From the NCBI GenBank assembly GCA_963787125.1, contig CAWBBV010000001.1, positions 32,001 through 96,000 on the forward strand: a DNA stretch of 64,000 nt. The letters are read 5' to 3'. Each line of letters begins with the position of its first letter. Position 1 is the stretch's first letter. Source of the DNA: an uncultured delta proteobacterium (lineage in GTDB: Bacteria; Desulfobacterota; Desulfuromonadia; Geobacterales; DSM-12255). Under the pieces are notes generated by a model, which was not told the origin of the DNA, ran no database searches, and saw only the letters and a list, made by a program, of their open reading frames with translations. Below are positions 48,690 through 58,128 of the stretch, one piece after another. The position numbers and the translations under genes were made by a program.

Positions 48690-51600
48690 ATGACCGGTTT
48701 CCGCTTCAACGAAAAATACCTCTCACAGATCCCCGCCCTGCAACTCCTCATCAAGCTGGGATACGAATACCTTCCTCCGGAAAAGGCCCTTGCCCAGCGC
48801 CAGAGGAAGACCGGCAACGTGCTGCTGGAAGGCATTCTGCGCGACCAGCTGAAGCGCCTCAACCGGATCAACTACAAGGGGCGCGAGTTCCTGTTCAGCG
48901 AGGAGAACATCCAGACCGCTATCCAGAAGCTGAAGAGCGTCAAGTACGACGGGCTGCTCAAGACCAACGAGGCGATCTACGACCTGATCACCCTCGGGAC
49001 GGCGCTGGAGCAGAGCATCGAGGGGGATTCCAAGAGCTTCAACCTGAACTATATCGACTGGCGCAACTGGGAGCGCAATGTCTTTCATGTCACCGCCGAA
49101 TTCAGCGTGGACCGCTTCCGCAGCTCCGAATCGGCTCGGCCTGATATCGTCCTCTTTGTCAACGGCATCCCGCTAGGGGTGATCGAATGCAAATCGCCCA
49201 ATGTGGAGGTGGAACAGGCGATCTCCCAGTCGATCCGTAACCAGAACGACGACTACATCCCCCGCCTGTTCGTCTTTGCTCAGCTGGTGATTGGGGTCAA
49301 CAAGAATGCCGCCCAGTATGCCACTGCCGGCACGGCGGCCAAATTCTGGGGGATCTGGAAAGAGCTGCGCGACAAGGAAGCCGATGTTGCCGGTTGCGTT
49401 AATACCGCTCTTTCGCCGGAGAAGAAGGACCTGCTTTTCAGCGGCGAATTTACCGTTGCCCGATCATTTTTTGATGCCCACGAAGCCGAGGGAGAGCGAC
49501 TGGTAACGGAGCAGGACCGGACGCTTTACAGCCTCTGCCGACCGGAGCGGCTGCTGGAGCTGGCCTTCAAGTTCACCCTCTTCGATGGCGGCATCAAGAA
49601 GATCGCCCGCTATCAGCAGTATTTCGTCGTCAAGTCCACCCTGGAGCGGATCAGGCAGCTGGACGCCGACGGCCGGCGGCGGGGGGGCATCATCTGGCAC
49701 ACCCAGGGGTCGGGCAAGTCGCTGACCATGGTCATGTTGGGGCGGGGGCTGGCCCTTGATCCGGGGGTGACCAACCCGCGCATCGTGCTGGTGACGGACC
49801 GGGATGATCTGGACAAACAGCTGGGGAATACCTTTGCCGCCTGCGGTCTGGACCCTAACCGGGCCACTTCTGGACGGCATCTGATGGAGCTGGTTTCGGA
49901 ACACAAGGCCAGTATTGTCACCACTCTGATTCACAAGTTCGACAAGGCGCTGAATCTGAGGAAGTTCCAGGACGATTCCCCCGATATTTTCATGCTGATC
50001 GACGAGAGCCACCGGACCAACTTCGGCAATTTCTCGGCGCGGATGCGGCAGATGTTCCCCAATGCCTGCTACATCGGTTTTACCGGCACGCCGCTTCTGA
50101 AGAAGGAGAAGAACAATTTCGTCAAGTTCGGCGGGCTGATCGAACCGCACTACTCCATCAATCAGGCGGTGGAGGACGGGGCGGTGGTGCCGCTGCTTTA
50201 CGAGGGGCGGCTGGTGGAGATGGAACAGAACAAGGCTGCCATTGATCTCTGGTTCGAGCGCCATACGCAAGGTTTGACCAAGGAGCAGAAGGCAGACCTG
50301 AAGCGGAAGTTCGCCAAGGCATCCATGCTGAACAAGGCCGATCAGGTCGTCTACATGCGCGCCTTTGACATCAGCGAGCATTTCCGCGCCAACTGGCAGG
50401 GGACCGGTTTCAAGGCCCAGCTGGTCGCGCCGAGCAAGGCCGTTGCCCTGAAGTATCAGCAGCATCTGGAGACTATCGGTTTTATCTCATCCGAGGTGGT
50501 CATTTCCGCGCCGGATAGCCGTGAAGGCTATGAAGAGACCGACGACGAGCCGACGGACGAGGTGGTCAAATTTTGGCTGAAGATGATGAAGCGCTACGGC
50601 AGCGAGGAGGAATACACCAAGCAGATCATCAACCAGTTCAAGTTCGGCTCGGAGCCGGAAATCCTCATCGTTGTGAGCAAGCTCCTGACCGGTTTCGATG
50701 CCCCGCGCAACCGGGTTATCTACATCTGCAAGGAGTTGAAGGAACATACCCTGCTCCAGGCCATTGCCCGCGTCAACCGGCTGTCTGAGGACAAGGACGA
50801 GGGGTTTGTCGTTGACTACGTTGGCCTGCTGGGAGAGCTGGACAAGGCGCTCACCATGTACAGCGCTTTCGAAGGCTATGACGAGGACGACCTGAAAGGG
50901 ACGATGACCTCCATCAATGCCGAGATTGAGAAGCTGCCCCAGCGCTACTCCGACCTCTGGGATCTCTTCAAGACAGTGAAGAACAGTTACGACGAGGAAG
51001 CCTATGAAGTCCTGCTGGCCGATGATGCCGTGCGGGAGGACTTTTACCAGCGTCTGGCCGAGTATAGCAAGTCGCTCGGCATTACCCTCTCCGCCGAAGC
51101 CTTCATCATGAACGTCGACGACGCCAAGCTGCAACGCTACAAAGGCGACCTGAAGCGCTTCCACAACCTGAAGGCTGCCGTAAAACTTCGCTATGCCGAG
51201 GCCATCGACTACCGGGATTACGAGCCGAAGATCAAGAAACTCCTCGACACCCATATCCAGGCCAGCGAGGTGATCCAGCTGAACGAACCTGTAAACATCT
51301 TCGATGACAAGATGTTCACTGCTGTCAAGGAGGAACAGGGAGTGTATGGCAGGACGACGGCTGCCAAGGCCGATGCCATTGCTCATGCCACGAAAAAGGT
51401 TATTTCCGAGAAGATGGCGGAAGATCCGGCCTTTTACGAAAAGTTCTCCAAGCTGATCCAGCAGGCCATCGAGGATTTCCGGGCGAAACGGATTTCCGAT
51501 CTTGAGTTCCTGAACCGGGCAATGGAGTACCGCGGCAAGGTTGTTACCCGCCAGCATGACGATATGCCGCAGCAGCTCGCAGGGAGCGAAGAGGCGATGG

Positions 51601-51887
51601 CCTATTACGGTGTTCTGAAGCCGCTCTTTGCCCAGTGCGAGCTGGGAGAGACCGAGTGTGAGGCCGTTGCCGCCGATGTTGCCCTGGCAATCCAGGCCAT
51701 ACTGGAGCGGCACTGGAAGGTGCAGTTCTGGGATGACAGCGATGCCCAGAATAAGGTGGTCAACGATATTGACGACTATCTGTATGACGAGGTGAGGGGC
51801 AAAAACGGTATCGAACTCAGTCTGGAGCAGATGGATGAAATAATCAGGAAGGCGCTGGGTGTGACGGAAAGCAGGAGAAGGAAATAG
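48690..51887 (+). CDS. hsdR: Type I R-M restriction subunit
   Basis: RPDIVLFVNGIPL..IECK nuclease motif, WHTQGSGKS, DESHR, GFTGTP, LTGFDAP, LLQAIARVNR. Confidence 0.97.
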   Translation: MTGFRFNEKYLSQIPALQLLIKLGYEYLPPEKALAQRQRKTGNVLLEGILRDQLKRLNRINYKGREFLFSEENIQTAIQKLKSVKYDGLLKTNEAIYDLITLGTALEQSIEGDSKSFNLNYIDWRNWERNVFHVTAEFSVDRFRSSESARPDIVLFVNGIPLGVIECKSPNVEVEQAISQSIRNQNDDYIPRLFVFAQLVIGVNKNAAQYATAGTAAKFWGIWKELRDKEADVAGCVNTALSPEKKDLLFSGEFTVARSFFDAHEAEGERLVTEQDRTLYSLCRPERLLELAFKFTLFDGGIKKIARYQQYFVVKSTLERIRQLDADGRRRGGIIWHTQGSGKSLTMVMLGRGLALDPGVTNPRIVLVTDRDDLDKQLGNTFAACGLDPNRATSGRHLMELVSEHKASIVTTLIHKFDKALNLRKFQDDSPDIFMLIDESHRTNFGNFSARMRQMFPNACYIGFTGTPLLKKEKNNFVKFGGLIEPHYSINQAVEDGAVVPLLYEGRLVEMEQNKAAIDLWFERHTQGLTKEQKADLKRKFAKASMLNKADQVVYMRAFDISEHFRANWQGTGFKAQLVAPSKAVALKYQQHLETIGFISSEVVISAPDSREGYEETDDEPTDEVVKFWLKMMKRYGSEEEYTKQIINQFKFGSEPEILIVVSKLLTGFDAPRNRVIYICKELKEHTLLQAIARVNRLSEDKDEGFVVDYVGLLGELDKALTMYSAFEGYDEDDLKGTMTSINAEIEKLPQRYSDLWDLFKTVKNSYDEEAYEVLLADDAVREDFYQRLAEYSKSLGITLSAEAFIMNVDDAKLQRYKGDLKRFHNLKAAVKLRYAEAIDYRDYEPKIKKLLDTHIQASEVIQLNEPVNIFDDKMFTAVKEEQGVYGRTTAAKADAIAHATKKVISEKMAEDPAFYEKFSKLIQQAIEDFRAKRISDLEFLNRAMEYRGKVVTRQHDDMPQQLAGSEEAMAYYGVLKPLFAQCELGETECEAVAADVALAIQAILERHWKVQFWDDSDAQNKVVNDIDDYLYDEVRGKNGIELSLEQMDEIIRKALGVTESRRRK

Positions 51888-51889
51888 TC

Positions 51890-52597
51890 ATGCTGCACAG
51901 CTCAGTCACTTATGGCAAGGAAAAGATCAGCTTTCGGGTTCTTCACGGGGCACGGAAAACATTGGGAATTGAAGTTTACCCTGATGGCAGCGTGGTGGTC
52001 AAAGCCCCTGTCGGAGCTGATTCAGGAGCGATCGACAAGAGGATTTTCAAGCGCGCTCGCTGGATAATCCGCCAGCAGGGTTATTTCCGCCAGTTTGAAC
52101 CGCGGACCCCGGCGCGGCAGTTCATCGGCGGCGAGACTCATTTTTATCTCGGCAGGCAGTACCGATTGAAGATCAGTGAGGGAGAGAAAGATACGGTTAA
52201 ATTGAGCCGGGGACATTTTCTGCTTGAGGTCAAAACTTTGCTTGATTCAGGCAGGGTCAGGCAGCTGATGGAGAGGTGGTACGCAGAGAAGGCAGCGATC
52301 AGATTTCAGGAGAGTTTTGAGCGTTGCTGGTCCGGTTTTCCCGGGCAGGGCGCTGATAAACCCCGCCTGCAGATCAGGCGGATGAAAAAGCGATGGGGAA
52401 GCCTGTCGCGTAGCGGCCTGCTTACTCTCAACACAGATTTGATCCGTGCCCCGCAGGAGTGCATTGATTACGTCATCACCCATGAACTTTGCCATACCCT
52501 GCACCATGACCATGGTGCGATATTTTACGCTCTTCTTGGGGAGGTTATGCCCGATTGGGAGAGGCGGAAACACAAGCTAGAGTTGGCGCTGGTCTGA
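51890..52597 (+). CDS. YgjP/DUF45-like M48 metallopeptidase
   Basis: MKKRWGS, IDYVITHELCH (HExxH), H...FY; typical position after hsdR. Confidence 0.9.
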   Translation: MLHSSVTYGKEKISFRVLHGARKTLGIEVYPDGSVVVKAPVGADSGAIDKRIFKRARWIIRQQGYFRQFEPRTPARQFIGGETHFYLGRQYRLKISEGEKDTVKLSRGHFLLEVKTLLDSGRVRQLMERWYAEKAAIRFQESFERCWSGFPGQGADKPRLQIRRMKKRWGSLSRSGLLTLNTDLIRAPQECIDYVITHELCHTLHHDHGAIFYALLGEVMPDWERRKHKLELALV

Positions 52598-52614
52598 TCT
52601 TGGGGGTACCCGCT

Positions 52615-53832
52615 ATGGAAAAGAGAAGAAGCCGCGATTCATTTACGAAGTCGTTGAAGCGAATCTGTCAACGGATCGATGAACAAAGAGTATTTGAAAT
52701 GGATTGTAACTATGCTTTTTTGCCAGGAGTTCAGCACTCTCGATTACGAGTGAAGGCTCTATGGGTGGTCGGTTCATATGCCCGTGGTGCCTTATTTTGC
52801 GGGGATCTCGATCTGGTTGCCGATATTATTAAAGAAGAGGGAGTGATGCCTCTGACAGCGACCGTCTCACGCTCAATCATCGGTCGCGCTCCAGATGTCC
52901 GTTTATACATCGGCACCCCGGAAGAAAATACTTCTGGAGTCACCTTTCCTGAGGAGAAACTGCTCTGGTCGTCTGATGCGTCCGATTGGAGCGCAACCAT
53001 CAATGCGATTCCCGTTGACCCAAAAGCTGCTCGTTTCGAGCGACTGCATGACATACTGCCGCTTCGCAAGGAGCAGATCACAGACTATGGCGACAAAGAT
53101 ACCTTTGAGAAGATCGTTGATTTGTTGAACCAGCAAGTTCTTTCATCCCAGTGGGTTGCAGTCTCTGACATCAGTGTACAGCCTGAAGAATGGTCGTTTG
53201 CGGCAAAAAAGCTTTTCGAATACATTCAACGATGGTGCGGTAAGAAGACGCAAGAAGTCATGCCGTTTGCCATCGAATGGTTCAAGGACAACAACAGGTG
53301 CGACCTCTGGCACCACAAATATAACGAAAAAACGCGTTTCAAAATTGGTGGAGCGGAGGTGTTGGTCGGACGGCCTTGCATCGACTTGTCCCAGCTGGAT
53401 TCTCTTTCCTGTGCCGCCATTGTCATTGTCCCCCATATGTCGCGACGAGGTCCGAATGGCCTGTGGCTTCTCTCGCGTGGGGTCAATCACCCAATCGAAC
53501 AGCAATTTATCGCCTGTAGTGCTTTCTACTTGGCCCAAGGAAAGTGTTCCAGTATTGCTGAAGAATCAGACGGCTGGAAACGTATTCACTCCCTCGAACT
53601 TTTCCAACAGAAAGTGCAGGCCAAGATTCGTAAACAGGAGTTCAAAGGTGACGATGAAGATATTCACTACGACATTGTCAACGCGACAGGCAGTGAACTA
53701 CTTTCATTGATCGCCGCGGTTGATATCGTTGAGATGGATTCAGCCCGTTACCCGATAACACGTAATGGACAGCTCTTTGATGAGGCTGAAAAGCCTGCCC
53801 ACGTGGAAGAGATGGTGGCTGCTTTTTCCTGA
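52615..53832 (+). CDS. Hypothetical protein with Pol-beta-type nucleotidyltransferase motif
   Basis: LWVVGSYARGALFCGDLDLV fits hG[S]x(8-10)DxDh; ATG 52615; remainder unrecognised. Confidence 0.65.
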   Translation: MEKRRSRDSFTKSLKRICQRIDEQRVFEMDCNYAFLPGVQHSRLRVKALWVVGSYARGALFCGDLDLVADIIKEEGVMPLTATVSRSIIGRAPDVRLYIGTPEENTSGVTFPEEKLLWSSDASDWSATINAIPVDPKAARFERLHDILPLRKEQITDYGDKDTFEKIVDLLNQQVLSSQWVAVSDISVQPEEWSFAAKKLFEYIQRWCGKKTQEVMPFAIEWFKDNNRCDLWHHKYNEKTRFKIGGAEVLVGRPCIDLSQLDSLSCAAIVIVPHMSRRGPNGLWLLSRGVNHPIEQQFIACSAFYLAQGKCSSIAEESDGWKRIHSLELFQQKVQAKIRKQEFKGDDEDIHYDIVNATGSELLSLIAAVDIVEMDSARYPITRNGQLFDEAEKPAHVEEMVAAFS

Positions 53833-53886
53833 GAGGACAGGACCTTCAGTTGTTGCGCTAGATACGCGCGAGCCTTTTGCGCCGCC

Positions 53887-56097
53887 TTACGCCCGCTCCA
53901 AACCCGCAAACCTGACCAGCAGCTTCTTCGGCCCTGCCGAGGTGAACCAGACAATCACCTTCTGACTGTCGCCCTCCCCTTCAATTTTGCGGATCGTGCC
54001 GACGCCGAACTTGGCGTGGCGAACTTTCATGCCGATCTGAACGCCATCTTCAGAATCATCGGGCACCGTTTCGACTTCGTTCGGCTCAACTTCGCCGGCG
54101 GCAAATACCGCTGCCAGGTTATGACCGGCGTATTCTGCCACCGGTATTCGGTTTATACTCCCCCAGCTGCTGACGGCTGACTCCACGGTTTCACTTTCCA
54201 GGTGCTCTCGCGGGATATCGGCGAGAAACCGTGACGGCTGATTGTACTGATCCTGGCCGAAGATCCTCCGACGGCGGGCGTTAGTCATGTAAAGCCGCTC
54301 TCTGGCCCGCGTCATCCCCACATAACAGAGGCGCCGCTCCTCCTCCATCTGCTCAGGATCTTCCAGTGAGCGCACATGGGGGAAAAGTTTTTCTTCCATG
54401 CCGACCATGAATACCAGCGGGAATTCCAACCCTTTGGCGGCATGGATTGTCATGAGTGTGGCAGAATCCCGGCTCGCGTCGCTGCGCTCCAGGTCTGAAA
54501 CCAGCGCTACCTGTTCCAGGAACTGGGAAAGATCCGAGTCACTGCCCCCTTTGGCAAACTGCTCCATTGCCACCAGCAGCTCTTCCAGATTGGCAAGGCG
54601 GTCAGCCGCTTCACTTGTCCGCTCTTCTTTCAGCTTTGCCGTATAGCCGGTTTCATTCATGACCATGGCAGCCAGTTCTGCCAAAGGCAGTTCGGCAGCG
54701 CTCGTGCGCATTTTTACCATGAAGGCGGCAAAAGCGGCCACCTTCGCCCGTGGCCCGCTCGTGAGGAGATTGCCGCTGGCGGCTTCCTGGAGAGCATCGT
54801 AAAAGACCAGACCTTTGGCGGCAGCAAGCTCGCTGATTCGGTCGGTTGTAGCATGACCGATGCCACGGGGAGGCACGTTGATGATCCTTTTTATGGAGAT
54901 TTCATCAGCCGGATTGTTGAGGACCTTGAGGTAAGCGAGGATATCCTTGACCTCCATCCGCTCATAAAAGCGCATGCCGCCGACCATATGGTAAGGAATC
55001 CCGTCGGCCACAAGGGCATCTTCTACCGAGCGCGACTGGGCATTGGTCCGGTAGAAGACGGCGATATCCTTGAGCGTCCCCCCTTTTCTGACCCAGCGTG
55101 ACGCTTCCTGACAGACGAATCTGGCTTCAGCCCGTTCATCTTCAACTCGCTTGTAGACGATCTTCTCACCGACCGGATTCTCTGTCCAGAGGGTCTTGGC
55201 CTTGCGGCCGCGGTTGCGGGCAACCACCGCGCCGGCAGCAGTGAGGATATTGCTGGTGGAGCGATAGTTCTGCTCCAGTTTGACAACCGTGACTCCGGGA
55301 AAATCCCGCTCAAAATCGAGAATATTTCTGATATCTGCGCCACGCCAACGGTAGATCGACTGATCATCGTCACCGACTACACAAAGGTTGCGCCGCTCGC
55401 CTGCCAGGAGTTTGACCAGACGGTACTGCACGGGATTGGTGTCCTGATACTCATCAACCAGGAGCCAATGCCACTTCTCCCGGTAATGGTGAAGAACTTC
55501 AGGGAATTCCTCAAAAAGCCTGACGGTATAAAGGAGCAGATCGCCGAAATCAAGGGCATTGCACTTGGCCAGTCTTTTCTGGTAAGCGCTGTAGACTCTG
55601 ACAAGCCGCTCCGCCATCTGGTCGCCGGTGGCAAGATCTTCCGGTGAGTTCCCCGCATTTTTGCATTCATCAATTGCTGCCGCAAAGGCTTTGGCCGGAT
55701 ACTTCTTTTCATCAATATTCTGCTCAATGATGACCTCTTTCAGCAGCCGTTCGCTCTCCTTGTCATCATAAATCGCAAAGTTGCTGCCAAAGCCGAGCCG
55801 GCCGATCTCACGGCGCAGAATCCGCACACAGGTGGCGTGAAATGTTGCAATGAGCGGGGTCTCCAGGCCGCCAAGAAGCTTTTCGACCCGCTCCCTCATC
55901 TCCCCTGCCGCTTTGTTGGTAAAGGTGACGGCCAGGATCTGCCAGGGACGAACGCCATGCTCTTGAATCAACCAGGCGATCCGGTGGACGATTACCCGTG
56001 TCTTGCCGGAACCGGCGCCGGCTAGAACGAGCAGCGGCCCTGTACCATGGCTGACAGCCTGTTGCTGCGGAGTGTTAAGATGCCTGAGCAGTTTCAT
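53887..56097 (-). CDS. pcrA: UvrD/PcrA ATP-dependent DNA helicase
   Basis: LAGAGSGKT, TFTNKAA, VDEYQDTN, VGDDDQSIY, LEQNYRS, EERRLCYVGMTRA, C-terminal Tudor-like domain. Confidence 0.96.
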   Translation of the reverse strand: MKLLRHLNTPQQQAVSHGTGPLLVLAGAGSGKTRVIVHRIAWLIQEHGVRPWQILAVTFTNKAAGEMRERVEKLLGGLETPLIATFHATCVRILRREIGRLGFGSNFAIYDDKESERLLKEVIIEQNIDEKKYPAKAFAAAIDECKNAGNSPEDLATGDQMAERLVRVYSAYQKRLAKCNALDFGDLLLYTVRLFEEFPEVLHHYREKWHWLLVDEYQDTNPVQYRLVKLLAGERRNLCVVGDDDQSIYRWRGADIRNILDFERDFPGVTVVKLEQNYRSTSNILTAAGAVVARNRGRKAKTLWTENPVGEKIVYKRVEDERAEARFVCQEASRWVRKGGTLKDIAVFYRTNAQSRSVEDALVADGIPYHMVGGMRFYERMEVKDILAYLKVLNNPADEISIKRIINVPPRGIGHATTDRISELAAAKGLVFYDALQEAASGNLLTSGPRAKVAAFAAFMVKMRTSAAELPLAELAAMVMNETGYTAKLKEERTSEAADRLANLEELLVAMEQFAKGGSDSDLSQFLEQVALVSDLERSDASRDSATLMTIHAAKGLEFPLVFMVGMEEKLFPHVRSLEDPEQMEEERRLCYVGMTRARERLYMTNARRRRIFGQDQYNQPSRFLADIPREHLESETVESAVSSWGSINRIPVAEYAGHNLAAVFAAGEVEPNEVETVPDDSEDGVQIGMKVRHAKFGVGTIRKIEGEGDSQKVIVWFTSAGPKKLLVRFAGLERA

Positions 56098-56243
56098 CTG
56101 TTTCCTTGAATTTCGTGTTCTCTCACCCGGAAATTATTAGCAGATTACACCCTCTTTTGCCATTGGAAAGAGAGTTTAACCTTGCCTCTACGGCGTATGA
56201 TGGTAAAATTTCATCAGGTATCAAGAGCAAAAAGGGGGGGATT

Positions 56244-56867
56244 ATGAAAATGGCGACAATAAAAAGGTTACTGCTGTCAGGCAGCTTGCTGCTGATGTTG
56301 GCAGGCTGCGCTACGCTTGACGTTACACCGAAAAAGGCGCTCTCTCCGGCAACTGACAAACAGAGTGTGACAATCGGGATTCAGGCTTCTGGTGACCGGC
56401 TTGTGGAAACGCTCAACGCAGCAGACGGAGCACTGGTAAAATCTGCTTCAGGGACGCTCTTTGACAGGGTAATCATATTGCCAAAAGAGTCGAAATACCA
56501 GCTGCCCCAGGAGGTAAAAGCGGCCCACGCGGTTGACTATATCCTCTCGATCGGCATCGGCGATATCAGTGTCAGCGGCGACCTTAACCCGCTCTGGTTT
56601 GCTTCGCTGCCACTCCTCTTTTTTAAAGTCTATGCGCCGATAATCACCTTTCAGCCGGGGATCTCACTTGATATGACCCTGCGTGACGCTACCAGCGGCG
56701 CGGTACTTATGCAGAAGCAGGTGATGGAGGTAAGTTCAGACCACTACGCACCTTCAGACCCCGGGGCAAAAGTGCGGCAGCTGATTTCCCTGACGATCAA
56801 CAATGCCCTGGTGGCGATAATGCGTGATGCCCAGCAAAGTATTGCAGCGGCAAGAAAGGGTAAATAG
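56244..56867 (+). CDS. Putative lipoprotein
   Basis: Basic N-terminus, hydrophobic core, lipobox LAGC; ATG 56244 after G-rich RBS. Confidence 0.8.
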   Translation: MKMATIKRLLLSGSLLLMLAGCATLDVTPKKALSPATDKQSVTIGIQASGDRLVETLNAADGALVKSASGTLFDRVIILPKESKYQLPQEVKAAHAVDYILSIGIGDISVSGDLNPLWFASLPLLFFKVYAPIITFQPGISLDMTLRDATSGAVLMQKQVMEVSSDHYAPSDPGAKVRQLISLTINNALVAIMRDAQQSIAAARKGK

Positions 56868-56880
56868 GTAAAGCGCTCCG

Positions 56881-58128
56881 GTGCTTCTTAAACCTGCCAA
56901 ATCGGGCTCTCTCGAGCTGATCAGCCGTTTTCTGAAAGAGCTGTTTCCACGCCAATGCTGGCCGTTGCTCTGGCTTGCCGGCGGGACTGTCCGGGATATT
57001 CTTCTCGACAAGGAGATCAAAGATATTGATCTGGTTGCCGCACTGCCGCCCGGAGTGCTTGCAACGCTCGGCTTCAATCATGTTCAAGCGCTCACAACCA
57101 CTCCCATCTGGTTCCGTCACTTTCATAAACAGGGCAATGTGGAGATAACCTTAGTGGCCGGCATTGAGTCGCTCCCGGAGGACTTAAGCCGGCGTGATTT
57201 CACCTTGAATGCCATGTTGATGTCGCTTGACGGCGAGCTGATCGATCCGCTTGATGGTCAAGAGGATTTAAAGAAACTGCGACTGAAGCCGTGCAGTGAC
57301 AAGATTTTCATGCGCGACCCCATTCGTATTTTCAGAGCCTTCAGGTTTGCGGCAGCCGGATATTATCTTTCGGGAGAAACTGCTGCCCTTATCAAGCAAC
57401 AGAGCTGGGATGAAGAGCTGGAGCGGCTGCCGGTTGAACGGTTCAGCCGGGAAATGCGGCAAGCCCTGCAGTATGCCAACCCCGGCCGGTTCTTTCAGCT
57501 TATGATCGAAACCGGTGTCGGCAGGGGCCTGGTGCCGGAGCTTTTCAGGATGCCGCAAATCGCGGCTGGACCGCTGCAGTATCATCCTGAAGGAGATCTC
57601 TTCAGCCACTCCCTCCAGGTTCTGGAGCGGCTCGCTGCTGTTAGCGACTCAGCTCTGGCAAGGTTTTGCGCTTTTTTCCACGATATCGGCAAGTTTTCTA
57701 CCAACCCTGCATACTATCCCAAGCATCATGGTCACGACGAAGCCGGTTTCAAGCCTGCAGAGGCTTTCTGCAGGCGGCTGGCACTCCCCGCTGAGTACGG
57801 GCGGGCACTGGCATGGACAAGCCGACTGCACGGCAATGCCAACCGGCTCCCCGAGTTGAGACCGGCAACGCGGCTACGAATGGCAGAGCAGGCAACACGC
57901 GGTGGGATAGCTGAGTTGCTCCCCCTGATTGCGGCTGCTGACAAACCTGGCAATGATATAGCCGGTGAGTGGCAAGGAGTTCTTGCTATTGCCGGGATGA
58001 ATATGGGTGAACTCGGGATTGATGTCGAAGAACTCAATTTACTGAAGCCACAAAACCGCTCTGCATTTATTCTCCAGAGGCGAATAGAGCTCCTTAAACG
58101 GTCGGCAGGCGCCGCTACTTCCGCTTGA
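56881..58128 (+). CDS. Class II tRNA nucleotidyltransferase with HD domain (possibly CC-adding)
   Basis: GG.VRD......DIDL, EDLSRRDFTLNA, DPIRIFRAFRF, ER, H..FHDIGK. Confidence 0.88.
   Translation: MLLKPAKSGSLELISRFLKELFPRQCWPLLWLAGGTVRDILLDKEIKDIDLVAALPPGVLATLGFNHVQALTTTPIWFRHFHKQGNVEITLVAGIESLPEDLSRRDFTLNAMLMSLDGELIDPLDGQEDLKKLRLKPCSDKIFMRDPIRIFRAFRFAAAGYYLSGETAALIKQQSWDEELERLPVERFSREMRQALQYANPGRFFQLMIETGVGRGLVPELFRMPQIAAGPLQYHPEGDLFSHSLQVLERLAAVSDSALARFCAFFHDIGKFSTNPAYYPKHHGHDEAGFKPAEAFCRRLALPAEYGRALAWTSRLHGNANRLPELRPATRLRMAEQATRGGIAELLPLIAAADKPGNDIAGEWQGVLAIAGMNMGELGIDVEELNLLKPQNRSAFILQRRIELLKRSAGAATSA

Larger units (their letters stand above)
46787..48693 (+). pseudogene. Four-helix-bundle (23S rRNA IVP-like) suffix-domain protein interrupted by IS3
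   Basis: GGYRRLKSFQ, DQMVQAARSG.QNIAEG, VARASLEEL..DYEDFL; removing the IS and one ACC restores frame ...PEISANAALTLLAVACSLLDRQL...EGGFTERLYR..*. Confidence 0.9.

Noticed and set aside
49464..51713. Long antisense ORFs (333 and 408 aa) opposite hsdR
   Set aside because: Shadow ORFs caused by GC-rich codon bias; no motifs
41267..53886. att sites or integrase for the R-M block
   Set aside because: No flanking direct repeat, tRNA or recombinase found by eye
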